DNA from: a virus
DNA: 64,000 nucleotides
Strand: one strand, 5' to 3'
Virus record (IMG/VR): IMGVR_UViG_3300047666_000603
Coordinates: 1 to 64,000 of that record
A program made the translations under genes and the position numbers. The notes under the pieces were generated by a model that was not told the origin of the DNA, did no database searches, and was given only the letters and a program-made list of their open reading frames with translations. This document shows, piece after piece, positions 18,519 through 28,277 of the stretch (position 1 is its first letter; every line of letters starts with the position of its first letter).

Positions 18519-20666
18519 ATGTCTGTCACAAGTACTTCTGCGAAAATAAAGTTTACCATAGGTAGTTTTGACTACGATACAACGTTAGTTCTTCCCGCCA
18601 CAACCGAAGAAAATAAACTCACATTAGAGTTTGAGGAATTAGTAACAAGTCAGCTTACGGGTTGGGGTGATATTCCTAGAGATGTATACGTTCTATTAGA
18701 TGTAAAGTTTGAGGGAGAGGATTGGTACAAGAACCCTCAATACGACAGCCCAAGCACAACCCTAGTCCCAACAGACCCCGATATTACAATTGTTCCAGAC
18801 GCAAATCCAGCAACGGTAGAGACTGTAACGATAAACAACCTTGTGCCTATGGTGACAGATATAAGTGGAGACATTTCTATTGGAACATACATAGTGAACG
18901 CTAAGTTTGTTTATTGGGCTAATGACACGGCATTTGGCTCTAGTGTTACAGCATTTACGGCAGACTTATCATGGGAGAGTAAGGAGCCAACACTTTCAGA
19001 GTGGTACGACACCCAAACCCCAAAACTACAAATAACAGACGGTCAAAGCTACGTAATAGACGGGGTGACGGCAGATAGAGACACGGAGTTTGTTCTTTCC
19101 CCACCACAAAACAGAGCGGAAGTGGTAAACACCTTTGACAACATTCAAAAGGTGTCTTACACAAGTTTTTGGACGGGAGGTAATGAGATGACCTATACGA
19201 TTCTTCTCACCTACACATTCACCACCTACATCATTGAAAACGTACAGCAAGACTACAGTGCATTTACGGTGTACAATATAGACAACTGCAAAATATTTAA
19301 TTGCCTCAAAGACCAATACGACATTTGGCAAGCGGCAACTTGCGGAACAAAGAATGAAGTGGTGGCTAAGGACATGTTGTACAAAGCAACCTCAATAGCC
19401 TTACAAATAACACAAGGGTTAGGATGCAATAGCGATGAATTGAGTGCGCTTATAGAAGACTTCAACACATTAGTAGACTGCGACTGCGGCTGCTTAGATG
19501 AAACACCAACACAACTTGGAAGCACAAGCACTGTAACGGCCACAAACCGACAAACTGTAACAGCAGACACAGCCACCACAACCATAGACCTAAGCGCGGG
19601 AAGTAACGTAACAATAAACGTAAGCGCAACTACAGAATTAGACATCACTAATATTGAGCAGTTTACAAACTACAGATTAATATTTGTAGCCTCAGCAGGA
19701 GGGGAAGTGATTTCATTCCCATCAGCCGACTTTGAGGATGACAACGGTGTAGTGGGTGATATAACGTTAGATGTGCGCGGCGTTCTTATACTTGATTTTT
19801 ACGCATACCTATCCACTAAGCTAACATTAGTGAGTAGAAGTGATGCTGATGATTACGATAGAGATTTACAGCAAGTTTCCGCTACAACAGCAGCAACATC
19901 TGTAGATTTGAACGAGGGAAACATAGTTAATGTAGCTCTTGCTGTAGGGGGAGGCACAACAGAAATGAGTGTCACAAATATAAAGGAAAACGACGAATAT
20001 ATGTTTATATTTAGTCGGGGTTTTTCTACGCAAGAAGCAACATTCTCTTCCGATTTCAATGGCCCAAATGCCACTGTACCTTCTGTAACACCACTACTTG
20101 ATGATAAAGTGGTTCTTTCATTTATAGCCACATCATCTAGTGAATTGACACTAACATCGAGAAGTGATGAAGTTACAAGCGCGGTGGAGACAGTGGTGGG
20201 AACGGCAACAGAAATAGACATTGACTCCGCAGATGCTCAAAATCCTATTGTTTCTTTAGCGGTGGAAGTAACAGCATCATTAGCTCTAGCCGACTCCGCA
20301 TTGCAGAGTGGTGATAACGTGAGTGTGTTAACGAATGATGCGGGGTATATTGTTGGTTCTTTTCAAGATGTTGGAGCGCAAACAAGCCCTTACACCATTA
20401 ATTTTGCAAGCGGTAGTATAGCGTATTTAAGTTTTGCTAATGCCGCCATAACTATAGATGCTTCTAGCATAATTGAGGGAAGTGAGTATAAGATAATAAT
20501 TAGAAATTCAGGCGCAGGCTCACAAGACGTAACCCTAACAACAGACCCTTTTTGGTCTTTTGCAGCCATTTCCGTTGGTTCAACGCAAGTATTGGGGATT
20601 ACTTTTGTTTGTGTTGATATTGGGGGTACAAATTACCTAGTTCCAACAGGTCAGCAAATAAACTAA
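18519..20666 (+). CDS. virion structural protein with repeated beta-rich C-terminal domains
   Basis: first gene after late motif; acidic and Thr-rich; CDCGC; repeats TIDLSAGSNV / SVDLNEGNIV / TINFASGSIA. Confidence 0.55.
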   Translation: MSVTSTSAKIKFTIGSFDYDTTLVLPATTEENKLTLEFEELVTSQLTGWGDIPRDVYVLLDVKFEGEDWYKNPQYDSPSTTLVPTDPDITIVPDANPATVETVTINNLVPMVTDISGDISIGTYIVNAKFVYWANDTAFGSSVTAFTADLSWESKEPTLSEWYDTQTPKLQITDGQSYVIDGVTADRDTEFVLSPPQNRAEVVNTFDNIQKVSYTSFWTGGNEMTYTILLTYTFTTYIIENVQQDYSAFTVYNIDNCKIFNCLKDQYDIWQAATCGTKNEVVAKDMLYKATSIALQITQGLGCNSDELSALIEDFNTLVDCDCGCLDETPTQLGSTSTVTATNRQTVTADTATTTIDLSAGSNVTINVSATTELDITNIEQFTNYRLIFVASAGGEVISFPSADFEDDNGVVGDITLDVRGVLILDFYAYLSTKLTLVSRSDADDYDRDLQQVSATTAATSVDLNEGNIVNVALAVGGGTTEMSVTNIKENDEYMFIFSRGFSTQEATFSSDFNGPNATVPSVTPLLDDKVVLSFIATSSSELTLTSRSDEVTSAVETVVGTATEIDIDSADAQNPIVSLAVEVTASLALADSALQSGDNVSVLTNDAGYIVGSFQDVGAQTSPYTINFASGSIAYLSFANAAITIDASSIIEGSEYKIIIRNSGAGSQDVTLTTDPFWSFAAISVGSTQVLGITFVCVDIGGTNYLVPTGQQIN

Positions 20667-20669
20667 TAA

Positions 20670-21332
20670 ATGCTTATAAACGAAATATACGAGGTGTTTA
20701 GGCAGATGGTAAACTCCCAACAGTCGGGAGGGTATTTCAACGCCACAAATTTCAACAACTATTGCGACTACGCACAGAACGCTGTAATAAACGAACTAAG
20801 CGAAATAGCCGACTACAACCAAAGGGTGATAAGCCTTTCCTCGGACGTTTTAAAAACAGCCACAATAAACGTTGTAGACGGTATAGCAGCTCTACCAAGC
20901 GACTATTTCATATACTTGGATGCAAACGCTATGTTCTACGACAATGATGCTAAGAAGTTCGAGGAATACCCCGCAGACTATGTGGGCAAAAGCGAGAGAG
21001 GTGAAAGACTTAGAAGCAAGATAGTAGACCCACAATCAGACTACCCTATAATTACAGAGGGGTTTGGAGGGCTTTTAGTAGAGCCGAGTGAAGTGAGTAG
21101 GATAAAATTAACATATTACTTTCAGCCTGACGCGCCAGTGTGGGCGGGAACAGACACCGTACCTCCCGTATTTGACCCCAACACAAGCACAGACTTCGTA
21201 TTGGGTGATAAGTTCAAGAACATATTAGTGAATAAAATCCTTTCCTACGCGGGAATAGAAATACGAGAGCCTTATTTGCTCCAAGCGACAACACAAAGCC
21301 TTATAAAACCAACAGGAAACCCCACTAACTAA
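20670..21332 (+). CDS. head-tail ring/tubular protein (crAss-like)
   Basis: INEIYEVFRQMVNSQQSGGYF..FN...AQ; ILSYAGIEIRE. Confidence 0.6.
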   Translation: MLINEIYEVFRQMVNSQQSGGYFNATNFNNYCDYAQNAVINELSEIADYNQRVISLSSDVLKTATINVVDGIAALPSDYFIYLDANAMFYDNDAKKFEEYPADYVGKSERGERLRSKIVDPQSDYPIITEGFGGLLVEPSEVSRIKLTYYFQPDAPVWAGTDTVPPVFDPNTSTDFVLGDKFKNILVNKILSYAGIEIREPYLLQATTQSLIKPTGNPTN

Positions 21333-21958
21333 TGGCAACACCACACCCTATATCTCTAAGCAAAATAGGTGAGAGAGTTAAGAGGCTGTTAAGCGCAGGA
21401 AAAGACCTTGTAGAAAACAGGGTGACACAAAGGGATGCTGAATTAGCTGTAGCCGAAGCAAGGGATGAATCAATAGTGGAGTACTTAGGGCAGCTGAAAG
21501 CTGCGGGAGAACCCGCTATGCCATTTGATTTTATAAGCGAGAAAACCGTAACAGCAGAGAAGTCGGGGAACCTACACAAAGCAACCCTACCCACACGTCC
21601 TTTATCAATAGGAGGAAAAGCAAGCGGAATATTTACAGTGGTGTTTGAACAAGACCCCTCACACGAAATATTCCCAACAACAATAAGCCACAACACAATG
21701 TTTAAAGGCCAACCCGCAGAGAACATGGAGAGTGATGCTTATTACACACCATTCGAGGACACTTTAAGAATATGGGGGTTAGAAACCGATAGCTGCAATA
21801 TAATAGTTCAATACGTACAAGTGGGAGAACAGTTTGATGCAGATGAATATTTCGCTGTGCCACCCGAACTTATTGATACGATAGTGGCTAAAGCCGTTAA
21901 AATGCTCTCAATGCAACTTTCCCAAGAAGACCCATTTACCGACGCGAAGAACCTTTAA
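21332..21958 (+). CDS. putative ring/adaptor virion protein
   Basis: coupled to previous gene; C-terminal FAVPPELIDTIV. Confidence 0.5.
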   Translation: MATPHPISLSKIGERVKRLLSAGKDLVENRVTQRDAELAVAEARDESIVEYLGQLKAAGEPAMPFDFISEKTVTAEKSGNLHKATLPTRPLSIGGKASGIFTVVFEQDPSHEIFPTTISHNTMFKGQPAENMESDAYYTPFEDTLRIWGLETDSCNIIVQYVQVGEQFDADEYFAVPPELIDTIVAKAVKMLSMQLSQEDPFTDAKNL

Positions 21959-22821
21959 CTAATCACTTGCCCTTTAAATAGGTTGAAGTTCATTACAATA
22001 TCCCCACTTTCTACAAGTATTATAATATGTTCTGCGTAACGCGCACGACTCTTTGTTTGATAAACAAGGGCCACCTTTCCATTAAACGGTAGTTTAGGAT
22101 TATGAAGCCTAGCTAATCTTTGGTGTTTCGCGGGAACACAGTCATACTTTATTTGAGCCGCCTTATTACCCGTAATAATAATACCATTACGCTCATACTC
22201 CAAACCCTCAAACTCATCCATCTTATAGAACTTACCGTAGGCTTCTCCATCAACAGACGCCACTCTGCTTTTCATTACAGCCCAATACTGCACTTCTTTC
22301 TGCCAAAACTCAACACGTCTTCCGTGTATGTATTCTATTTCAGAGCCAACAGGAATATCATCCTCATTGCTATTCACCACCTCAAGAATGTTTGGATTCT
22401 CCGCATTATACAAAGCAATCCCATTCTTCTCCTCTATCTTATGCTCTTTCGTTTTACCCAACACCCAATTATCACTATAAGCCGTTGTAATATCCGCACC
22501 AACAAAAGCAACCCCACCATCCTTAAAATGATAAATAGGCTTGTCTTCATACTCACCAAAATGCTCATCACCAATAAAACTACTATCAACAACAGTGTTA
22601 GCCACCCATAGATGAGAGCCTATTGGATACTTAGCCCCTTCCGTTCTACCTATAACCTCCACATGATTTGAGAAGTTAGTGTATTTACCCACACCTGTAC
22701 GCGGCCTCATTTCAATTTCAATACCTGTGTCTCCAAGTTCAAACTTATCAAAGCCATCCTTCACCTCTACGGAGAAGTATTTCTCGTTAACATCTTCTAA
22801 GTTTTCAACAATCCTTGTCAT
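21955..22821 (-). CDS. GroES-like co-chaperonin-domain protein
   Basis: repeated (E)KNGI.L / ERNGIII...V...GSEI beta motifs reminiscent of GroES. Confidence 0.4.
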   Translation of the reverse strand: MTRIVENLEDVNEKYFSVEVKDGFDKFELGDTGIEIEMRPRTGVGKYTNFSNHVEVIGRTEGAKYPIGSHLWVANTVVDSSFIGDEHFGEYEDKPIYHFKDGGVAFVGADITTAYSDNWVLGKTKEHKIEEKNGIALYNAENPNILEVVNSNEDDIPVGSEIEYIHGRRVEFWQKEVQYWAVMKSRVASVDGEAYGKFYKMDEFEGLEYERNGIIITGNKAAQIKYDCVPAKHQRLARLHNPKLPFNGKVALVYQTKSRARYAEHIIILVESGDIVMNFNLFKGQVIS

Positions 22822-23023
22822 ATAGCTATAAGTGTTTTATATTTACGTGCAAATATAAACAAAATGAACGAAGAAACAAAGGACTTAAAAATGTGGTGTG
22901 TAGAACAGGCACTAACCGCTGCGGGCAAACAATACACAGGCCCGAACGAGGGATTCCCCGAATACCATAACAACACAACTCTCATCGAATTAGCAATCAA
23001 AATATACGACTTTCTCAAAGAAG

Positions 23024-23479
23024 ATGGACACACAGACACTAATTAACGCGATAGGGGATATTCATTTCCCTAATGAAAAAGCAATACTTAAAGTGAGGGC
23101 TTCGGTCTGGTATAAAAGCCTATCAATTAAGGAGAAATCACAAACCGAAGAGGACGTAAGGAGGCTACTCGATCAAACACAAAAAGCTCTTTTAGGGGTG
23201 CATGAGGTTTACTCCACCCCATTTGACCGCATCACCATACTTTCAATGTTCCATGAGCCAGTGAATCTAATATGGAAAGAGGACAAAACGGTATTAAACG
23301 GTAAGCGGGTGAAGCGGCATTACTTCTCATTAGACAACGTAGACTACAAGCCAAAAACAATAGCAGACTTTGTTAGTTTGATAGATAGCTTGGAAAGGCA
23401 TAAGCTCACTCCTAAGTTTTCGGGGGATAAAAGCTCGGCAGCATTACTATGGAACAAGAGCCGCAATAACACTCAATAG
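23024..23479 (+). CDS. hypothetical protein
   Basis: 151-aa ORF in compact operon. Confidence 0.5.
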   Translation: MDTQTLINAIGDIHFPNEKAILKVRASVWYKSLSIKEKSQTEEDVRRLLDQTQKALLGVHEVYSTPFDRITILSMFHEPVNLIWKEDKTVLNGKRVKRHYFSLDNVDYKPKTIADFVSLIDSLERHKLTPKFSGDKSSAALLWNKSRNNTQ

Positions 23480-23724
23480 CCATGAAGGGAGTAATTTCGG
23501 GAAAACAGAACAGCATGGAGGAAATCTACGTACACTACACAGACGAAGATGGGGAAGAACACACATCCATACATTTCGTAGACCCCGAACTAGCGAACTA
23601 CATACAGGCGTTAGAGAATGACATAGAGGCGTTATCTACGGAAGTGGAGGGCGCAGAGGATACAGCGGAGTATTGGAAACGAATGTTAACCGTCCACATC
23701 ACAAGCGGAATAAAAGCTAACTAA

Positions 23725-24036
23725 ATGGATTGTAAAGAGTTAAAAGTATTTTACGAAAAGGTGACGGAAAGCCCTCACTTTATGGTGTACCTCACATTGC
23801 AGAATAAGTTAAGGCAAGTGTGTGAGAGTTTCGATGGAGTGTTCATTGACATCACCTCCGACGACAAAACCTTTGACAACCTAATGAAGTTTAACAAGCA
23901 AGCATTAGACGTGTTAGAGGACATGGAGAAGATATGGAGCAAGATAGATTCATCAAAACAAGCGGAACTTCGAGCAAGCCAAAGGGAGGCGGGAGAAGCA
24001 TCATTAGAAAGTATGCTAAAGAAATTCAGAGAATGA
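23725..24036 (+). CDS. hypothetical helical protein (possible small terminase)
   Basis: 103-aa helical ORF upstream of packaging genes; function guessed only. Confidence 0.35.
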   Translation: MDCKELKVFYEKVTESPHFMVYLTLQNKLRQVCESFDGVFIDITSDDKTFDNLMKFNKQALDVLEDMEKIWSKIDSSKQAELRASQREAGEASLESMLKKFRE

Positions 24037-24141
24037 GCATTTTTACAGGAGTGAACACAACGTCAGATGATGAGTTTGACGAGATAGTGTATTTCCTATA
24101 CGGAGAATTTGAACATTGCGAAACAACCTATATTACAACAC

Positions 24142-25191
24142 ATGAGTAGTAAGAGAGTTCGTCTGAAACAAGATGAAGTAGAAGTTGTCGATAATTACAG
24201 GAGAATAAAAGAGGAAGCGAAAGCGGAGGGTATTCCTGTTTCAGCCATAAGTTCTGGTTGGATAAAGAATAAGAGCGCAAGCCTACATTTCAAGAACCCT
24301 TTATTTGAAGGGAGCGGCGTAAAACCCGAAGAAGTGAAAAAAAAGTTTCGCGAGGAGATGATGCAATACTCCCCGAAATACGAAGCAATAGTTAGGCCCA
24401 AGTTAAAAGAGCCGCACCTATTTGTTTTAAGCATAGCAGACCTCCATATAGGTAAGCTATCCACTCCAACAAGCACTAGGGAGAAATACGGAACGAAAGT
24501 GGCTGTAAAGAGAGCTAAGGAGGCTACAAACGCATTACTCAATCGCGCACTAGGATACGACATAGATCAAATACTACTTCCATGCGGAAATGACCTACTT
24601 CATGTGGACAACTCAAACAAAACCACCACAAGAGGAACCCCGCAAGATGTAGATGGGAATTGGCACGATAACTTCACCGCAGCAAGAAAACTGTATGTAG
24701 AGATAATAGAACAACTCATGCAAGTGGCAGACGTACACATTTGCCACATACCGTCAAACCACGATTACGTAACAGGGTATTGCCTAACAGATGCACTTTA
24801 CTGTTGGTTTAATAAGTCGGACAACGTAACATTCGACCTAGACATGAACCACAGAAAGTATTATCAATACAGCAATAATCTAATTGGTGTTAGTCATGGT
24901 GATGGAGCGAAGATGCCCGAACTCCCGCTTCTTATGGCAAACGAATCAGCAAAACAATGGGCAGACACAGACTACAGATACTTTTATTTAGGCCACATAC
25001 ATCATAAGGATGTATTTAAGTTTAGAAGCGGAAAAGACTACCAAGGAGTGACGGTGGAGTATTTAAGAAGCCCAAGCGCGGCGGATAGGTGGCACAGCGA
25101 CAATGGCTATCAACACGCTAAAACAGCAATAGAAGCATTTATACATAGCCCAAATGAAGGTCAGGTGGCGAGAATAACCTACAACTTCTAG
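24142..25191 (+). CDS. calcineurin-like metallophosphoesterase
   Basis: ADLHIG, GNDLLH, SNHD, HGD, GHIHH. Confidence 0.85.
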   Translation: MSSKRVRLKQDEVEVVDNYRRIKEEAKAEGIPVSAISSGWIKNKSASLHFKNPLFEGSGVKPEEVKKKFREEMMQYSPKYEAIVRPKLKEPHLFVLSIADLHIGKLSTPTSTREKYGTKVAVKRAKEATNALLNRALGYDIDQILLPCGNDLLHVDNSNKTTTRGTPQDVDGNWHDNFTAARKLYVEIIEQLMQVADVHICHIPSNHDYVTGYCLTDALYCWFNKSDNVTFDLDMNHRKYYQYSNNLIGVSHGDGAKMPELPLLMANESAKQWADTDYRYFYLGHIHHKDVFKFRSGKDYQGVTVEYLRSPSAADRWHSDNGYQHAKTAIEAFIHSPNEGQVARITYNF

Positions 25192-25294
25192 TTTTTATTC
25201 GTATATTTGGAGGGTTAATTACAACGGTTTAAATATAGTGTCGTGGCGCACCCAATAAATGCCACTAAACTTAAAAATTGGTAAATATTTGATT

Positions 25295-25510
25295 ATGAAA
25301 AACAGACTTAAATTTAACCTGCGCTATGCACTATATTTTGTGTTGTGTGTAGTGCTTTTATCTAGCTGCGTTGAACGTAGGTGCTATGATGAAGAGCATA
25401 TACTGTTAATAACCGAAAATGCCTTTTTAGAAGGATATAAAGCAGCATTAATGAAGCAGCACCAAGATAGTGCGTGGAATAATGTGAAACAGCAATACAA
25501 GTTTGACTAG
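25295..25510 (+). CDS. cassette B1 ORF, predicted lipoprotein
   Basis: MKNRLKFNLRYALYFVLCVVLLSS-C lipobox. Confidence 0.65.
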   Translation: MKNRLKFNLRYALYFVLCVVLLSSCVERRCYDEEHILLITENAFLEGYKAALMKQHQDSAWNNVKQQYKFD

Positions 25511-25560
25511 TATTACACACAATGGACAAGGCTAAACGAAGTAATTTAAAAAGATTTGAA

Positions 25561-25827
25561 ATGATAAAACTAAAAGCAGAAGTAAACAAAAGTGCAGTAA
25601 TGAGAGAATTACAAGCAAAAGCAATTGAAAGATTTAAAGACTCTTGGCAACCTGAATTACAAGTACAAGCCTACATGAATGGAGCGCATGACCTTTTTAA
25701 ATTATTGCGTTTAGGTGATGTTAGCGTTTCGTTTACGGATAGATTATTTGAAATAGCTTATGATTACGAATCTTCCGTAAGCGAACGAATGGAACAAATA
25801 AAGACCTTATTAGTAAATGAACGCTAA
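25561..25827 (+). CDS. cassette B2 ORF
   Basis: about 60% encoded within the hairpin site; LGD-V-SVS crosses core; stop in TAAC. Confidence 0.6.
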   Translation: MIKLKAEVNKSAVMRELQAKAIERFKDSWQPELQVQAYMNGAHDLFKLLRLGDVSVSFTDRLFEIAYDYESSVSERMEQIKTLLVNER

Positions 25828-25880
25828 CACCAAGCTATAAAGCGTTTCAATGCTTTTATAGCGTCTGTTGTGATTTAATA

Positions 25881-25916
25881 CAATAACAAGCCCTCACTAG
25901 CAATCGCTTAAATTTG
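25881..25916 (+). promoter_or_regulatory. putative late promoter CAATAAC-N21-TAAATTTG
   Basis: upstream of portal. Confidence 0.7.
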
Positions 25917-25934
25917 CCCCTAAAGCAAATTTTT

Positions 25935-28277
25935 GTGGCTAAAACATCAGGTTATATAGGGGCGTTTCCGAGCGAAATTGATAGTCCCGAACAGAAAGCA
26001 AAAGAAGAATGGGGGTTAAAGTACGCTCAAGCCATTGTATCTTCGTCTGAAAGATCAGATGAAACCTACACTGATAGAAAGGATAGATGGGAAGAGAACA
26101 GGCGATACGGTCGCGGCCTCCAAGATATAGATAAGCTAAAACCAAAAGCAATACCCACAGAGAACGAGTGGGCAACCCTTCCATACGACATAGGAACACC
26201 CGTTCCAAAGCAAATCCGTGTCATACAAGAAACCATTTACTCCCACCCATACAAACCAAAGGTGGAAGTATTTGACAGCCACAGCCACAGCAGACTAGAG
26301 CGAAGAAAGAACGAACTTCTAGCCAAGATGCAGCTTAGTAAAGAAGTGGCTAACATGAAAGCAGAGGGCATCCTACCTGAGCAATTGAGTTTTCAAAAGC
26401 TAGATGGTGCGCCAAAAGACGCGCATGAAGTGGAGATGTACCTAAAAACCAACGCTAAAACCATTGAGGAAATAGCAATAGAGAAGTTGGTGAGGCGGTC
26501 TTTTGCTAGATGTAATATGCCTGCTATTGAGAAGAGGTTTGTTAGAGATGCTGCCGAAATTCAATGGATGGCTTCGTATACAGGTATAGATGACAATGGT
26601 AACTTCTACGCTGAATATATAGACCCAATGCTATCTGGTTCAAGCTACGTGGAGAACGAAGACTTCTCTGACATGACTTGGGCATATCACGTAAGCTACA
26701 TAACGGTTGGTGAGTTCCGAGACAAGATGCCCCACCTAAATGACGACCAAGTTCTAAGTGTCATTCGGCAGAACGTAGGAAACAGACTAAAAGACGACTA
26801 CAACCTAGAGTTAGGAACACGAAACTACTTCAACCTTTCATCCGACGAGAGAAACGCACTTGACAGCGTACTCATTGAAGTACTTAATTTTGAAACCCTA
26901 CAATCAGACAGAGTAACTTACGTAGAGAAAAAACTAAGCACAGGCGGTTTTGACATAAAGAAAAGAAGTGCTGATTACGAAGGGCCAAAAGACCCCGACT
27001 CAAAAAAGAAAACACATAAAGGAATTATAGAGAGAATATACAAAGGATGCTTCATAATGAAGACACAGTATATGCTCAAGTGGGGATTAAAGGAAGGCGT
27101 AGCATACAAGGTGAGAAAAGGCAAGATGATACACAAGCCTTTGTTTGGATATGTATTCTACGCACCGGGTATCCTAAACATGGTGAACAAGTCATTAGTG
27201 GAAGAAGTGAGACCTCACATTGACACAATGGGTATTCTTCAACTAAAGATGCTTCACTTTATTGCTTTAGCAGACCCACCCGGTCACGCAATAGACATAA
27301 CATCAGTTGTAGAGGCAATCAAAGGAATGGGAATGGAAGGCTTAAAGCCTAAGGACATTGCCGAGATGAAGTCATGGACGGGAAACTACTACTACGCCTC
27401 CCGCGATGAAATGGGTAACGCCATAGTACAACCGGGTATGAAGCCAATAGAGTTTCAGCCAAGCACACTAGACCAAGCCGTAGAACGATTTGCAATGCTC
27501 TACAACAATGAATTGCAGAAAGTGAAGGAAATCTTAGGCGTGAATGACGCGGTGGATGGAAGCACTCCCGACAAGAAAGCATTAGTGGGTGTTCAAAACC
27601 AAGCAATAGCCGCACACAAGACAAGCGTAAGATACTTGCAGCAAGCTTACCTACATATGGTGCAGGAAATAGCCCAACGCTGCGCCTACTACCAACAACT
27701 CGCCATAAAGGAAGGAACTATAAGCGATGAGATGAAAGACCTCCTCAGCGAACCTGAATTTGCTGTATTAGATGCAAAGAAGATTGGGGAGCTTATGTAT
27801 AACATCAAAATGGAACTACTCCCCGACGCGCAGCAGCAAGCAGAACTTCGGGAACAACTAAACATAGCATTACAGCAAGGAATGATAAGCGTCGATGACG
27901 TTATAATGATACAGCGAGTAGCTAAGGAGAGCTTGGAGAAAGCCGAGGAGATATTTCAAATGCGCGTAGAAAGGAAGCGTGTACAGCAGCAAGAAGCCTC
28001 ACAACAGCAAATGCAAGCAGAGCAGCAAGCCGCAATGCAAATACTACAAGCCGAAGCCCAAAGAGATATGCAAATCAACGCTGCTAAAATGGAGATGGAA
28101 AACGCGAAAGGCGAAATAGAAATTGCAGCCATACGGGAAAAAGGAATAGAGGCGCGGATGTCTATGACGGAAGAATACGACCGCAAAGAAAAACTAGCAG
28201 AAAAACAAGCTGAACTAGAAGCTCAATACGGAGACACAAAATCAGAATCGAAGAACACCCCTGCAACACCTAGATAA
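25935..28277 (+). CDS. portal protein
   Basis: ~780 aa; FPSEIDSPEQKAKEEWG..YA start, ILGVNDAVDGSTPD..ALVGVQ, Q-rich coiled tail; adjacent to TerL; GTG start assumed. Confidence 0.85.
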   Translation: MAKTSGYIGAFPSEIDSPEQKAKEEWGLKYAQAIVSSSERSDETYTDRKDRWEENRRYGRGLQDIDKLKPKAIPTENEWATLPYDIGTPVPKQIRVIQETIYSHPYKPKVEVFDSHSHSRLERRKNELLAKMQLSKEVANMKAEGILPEQLSFQKLDGAPKDAHEVEMYLKTNAKTIEEIAIEKLVRRSFARCNMPAIEKRFVRDAAEIQWMASYTGIDDNGNFYAEYIDPMLSGSSYVENEDFSDMTWAYHVSYITVGEFRDKMPHLNDDQVLSVIRQNVGNRLKDDYNLELGTRNYFNLSSDERNALDSVLIEVLNFETLQSDRVTYVEKKLSTGGFDIKKRSADYEGPKDPDSKKKTHKGIIERIYKGCFIMKTQYMLKWGLKEGVAYKVRKGKMIHKPLFGYVFYAPGILNMVNKSLVEEVRPHIDTMGILQLKMLHFIALADPPGHAIDITSVVEAIKGMGMEGLKPKDIAEMKSWTGNYYYASRDEMGNAIVQPGMKPIEFQPSTLDQAVERFAMLYNNELQKVKEILGVNDAVDGSTPDKKALVGVQNQAIAAHKTSVRYLQQAYLHMVQEIAQRCAYYQQLAIKEGTISDEMKDLLSEPEFAVLDAKKIGELMYNIKMELLPDAQQQAELREQLNIALQQGMISVDDVIMIQRVAKESLEKAEEIFQMRVERKRVQQQEASQQQMQAEQQAAMQILQAEAQRDMQINAAKMEMENAKGEIEIAAIREKGIEARMSMTEEYDRKEKLAEKQAELEAQYGDTKSESKNTPATPR

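Larger units (their letters stand above)
25214..25879 (+). mobile_element. integron-like cassette array B (2 cassettes)
   Basis: sites 25223-25344, 25521-25722, anchor 25826-25869; outer flanks TTAATTACAAC/GTTGTGATTTAA complementary. Confidence 0.8.
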
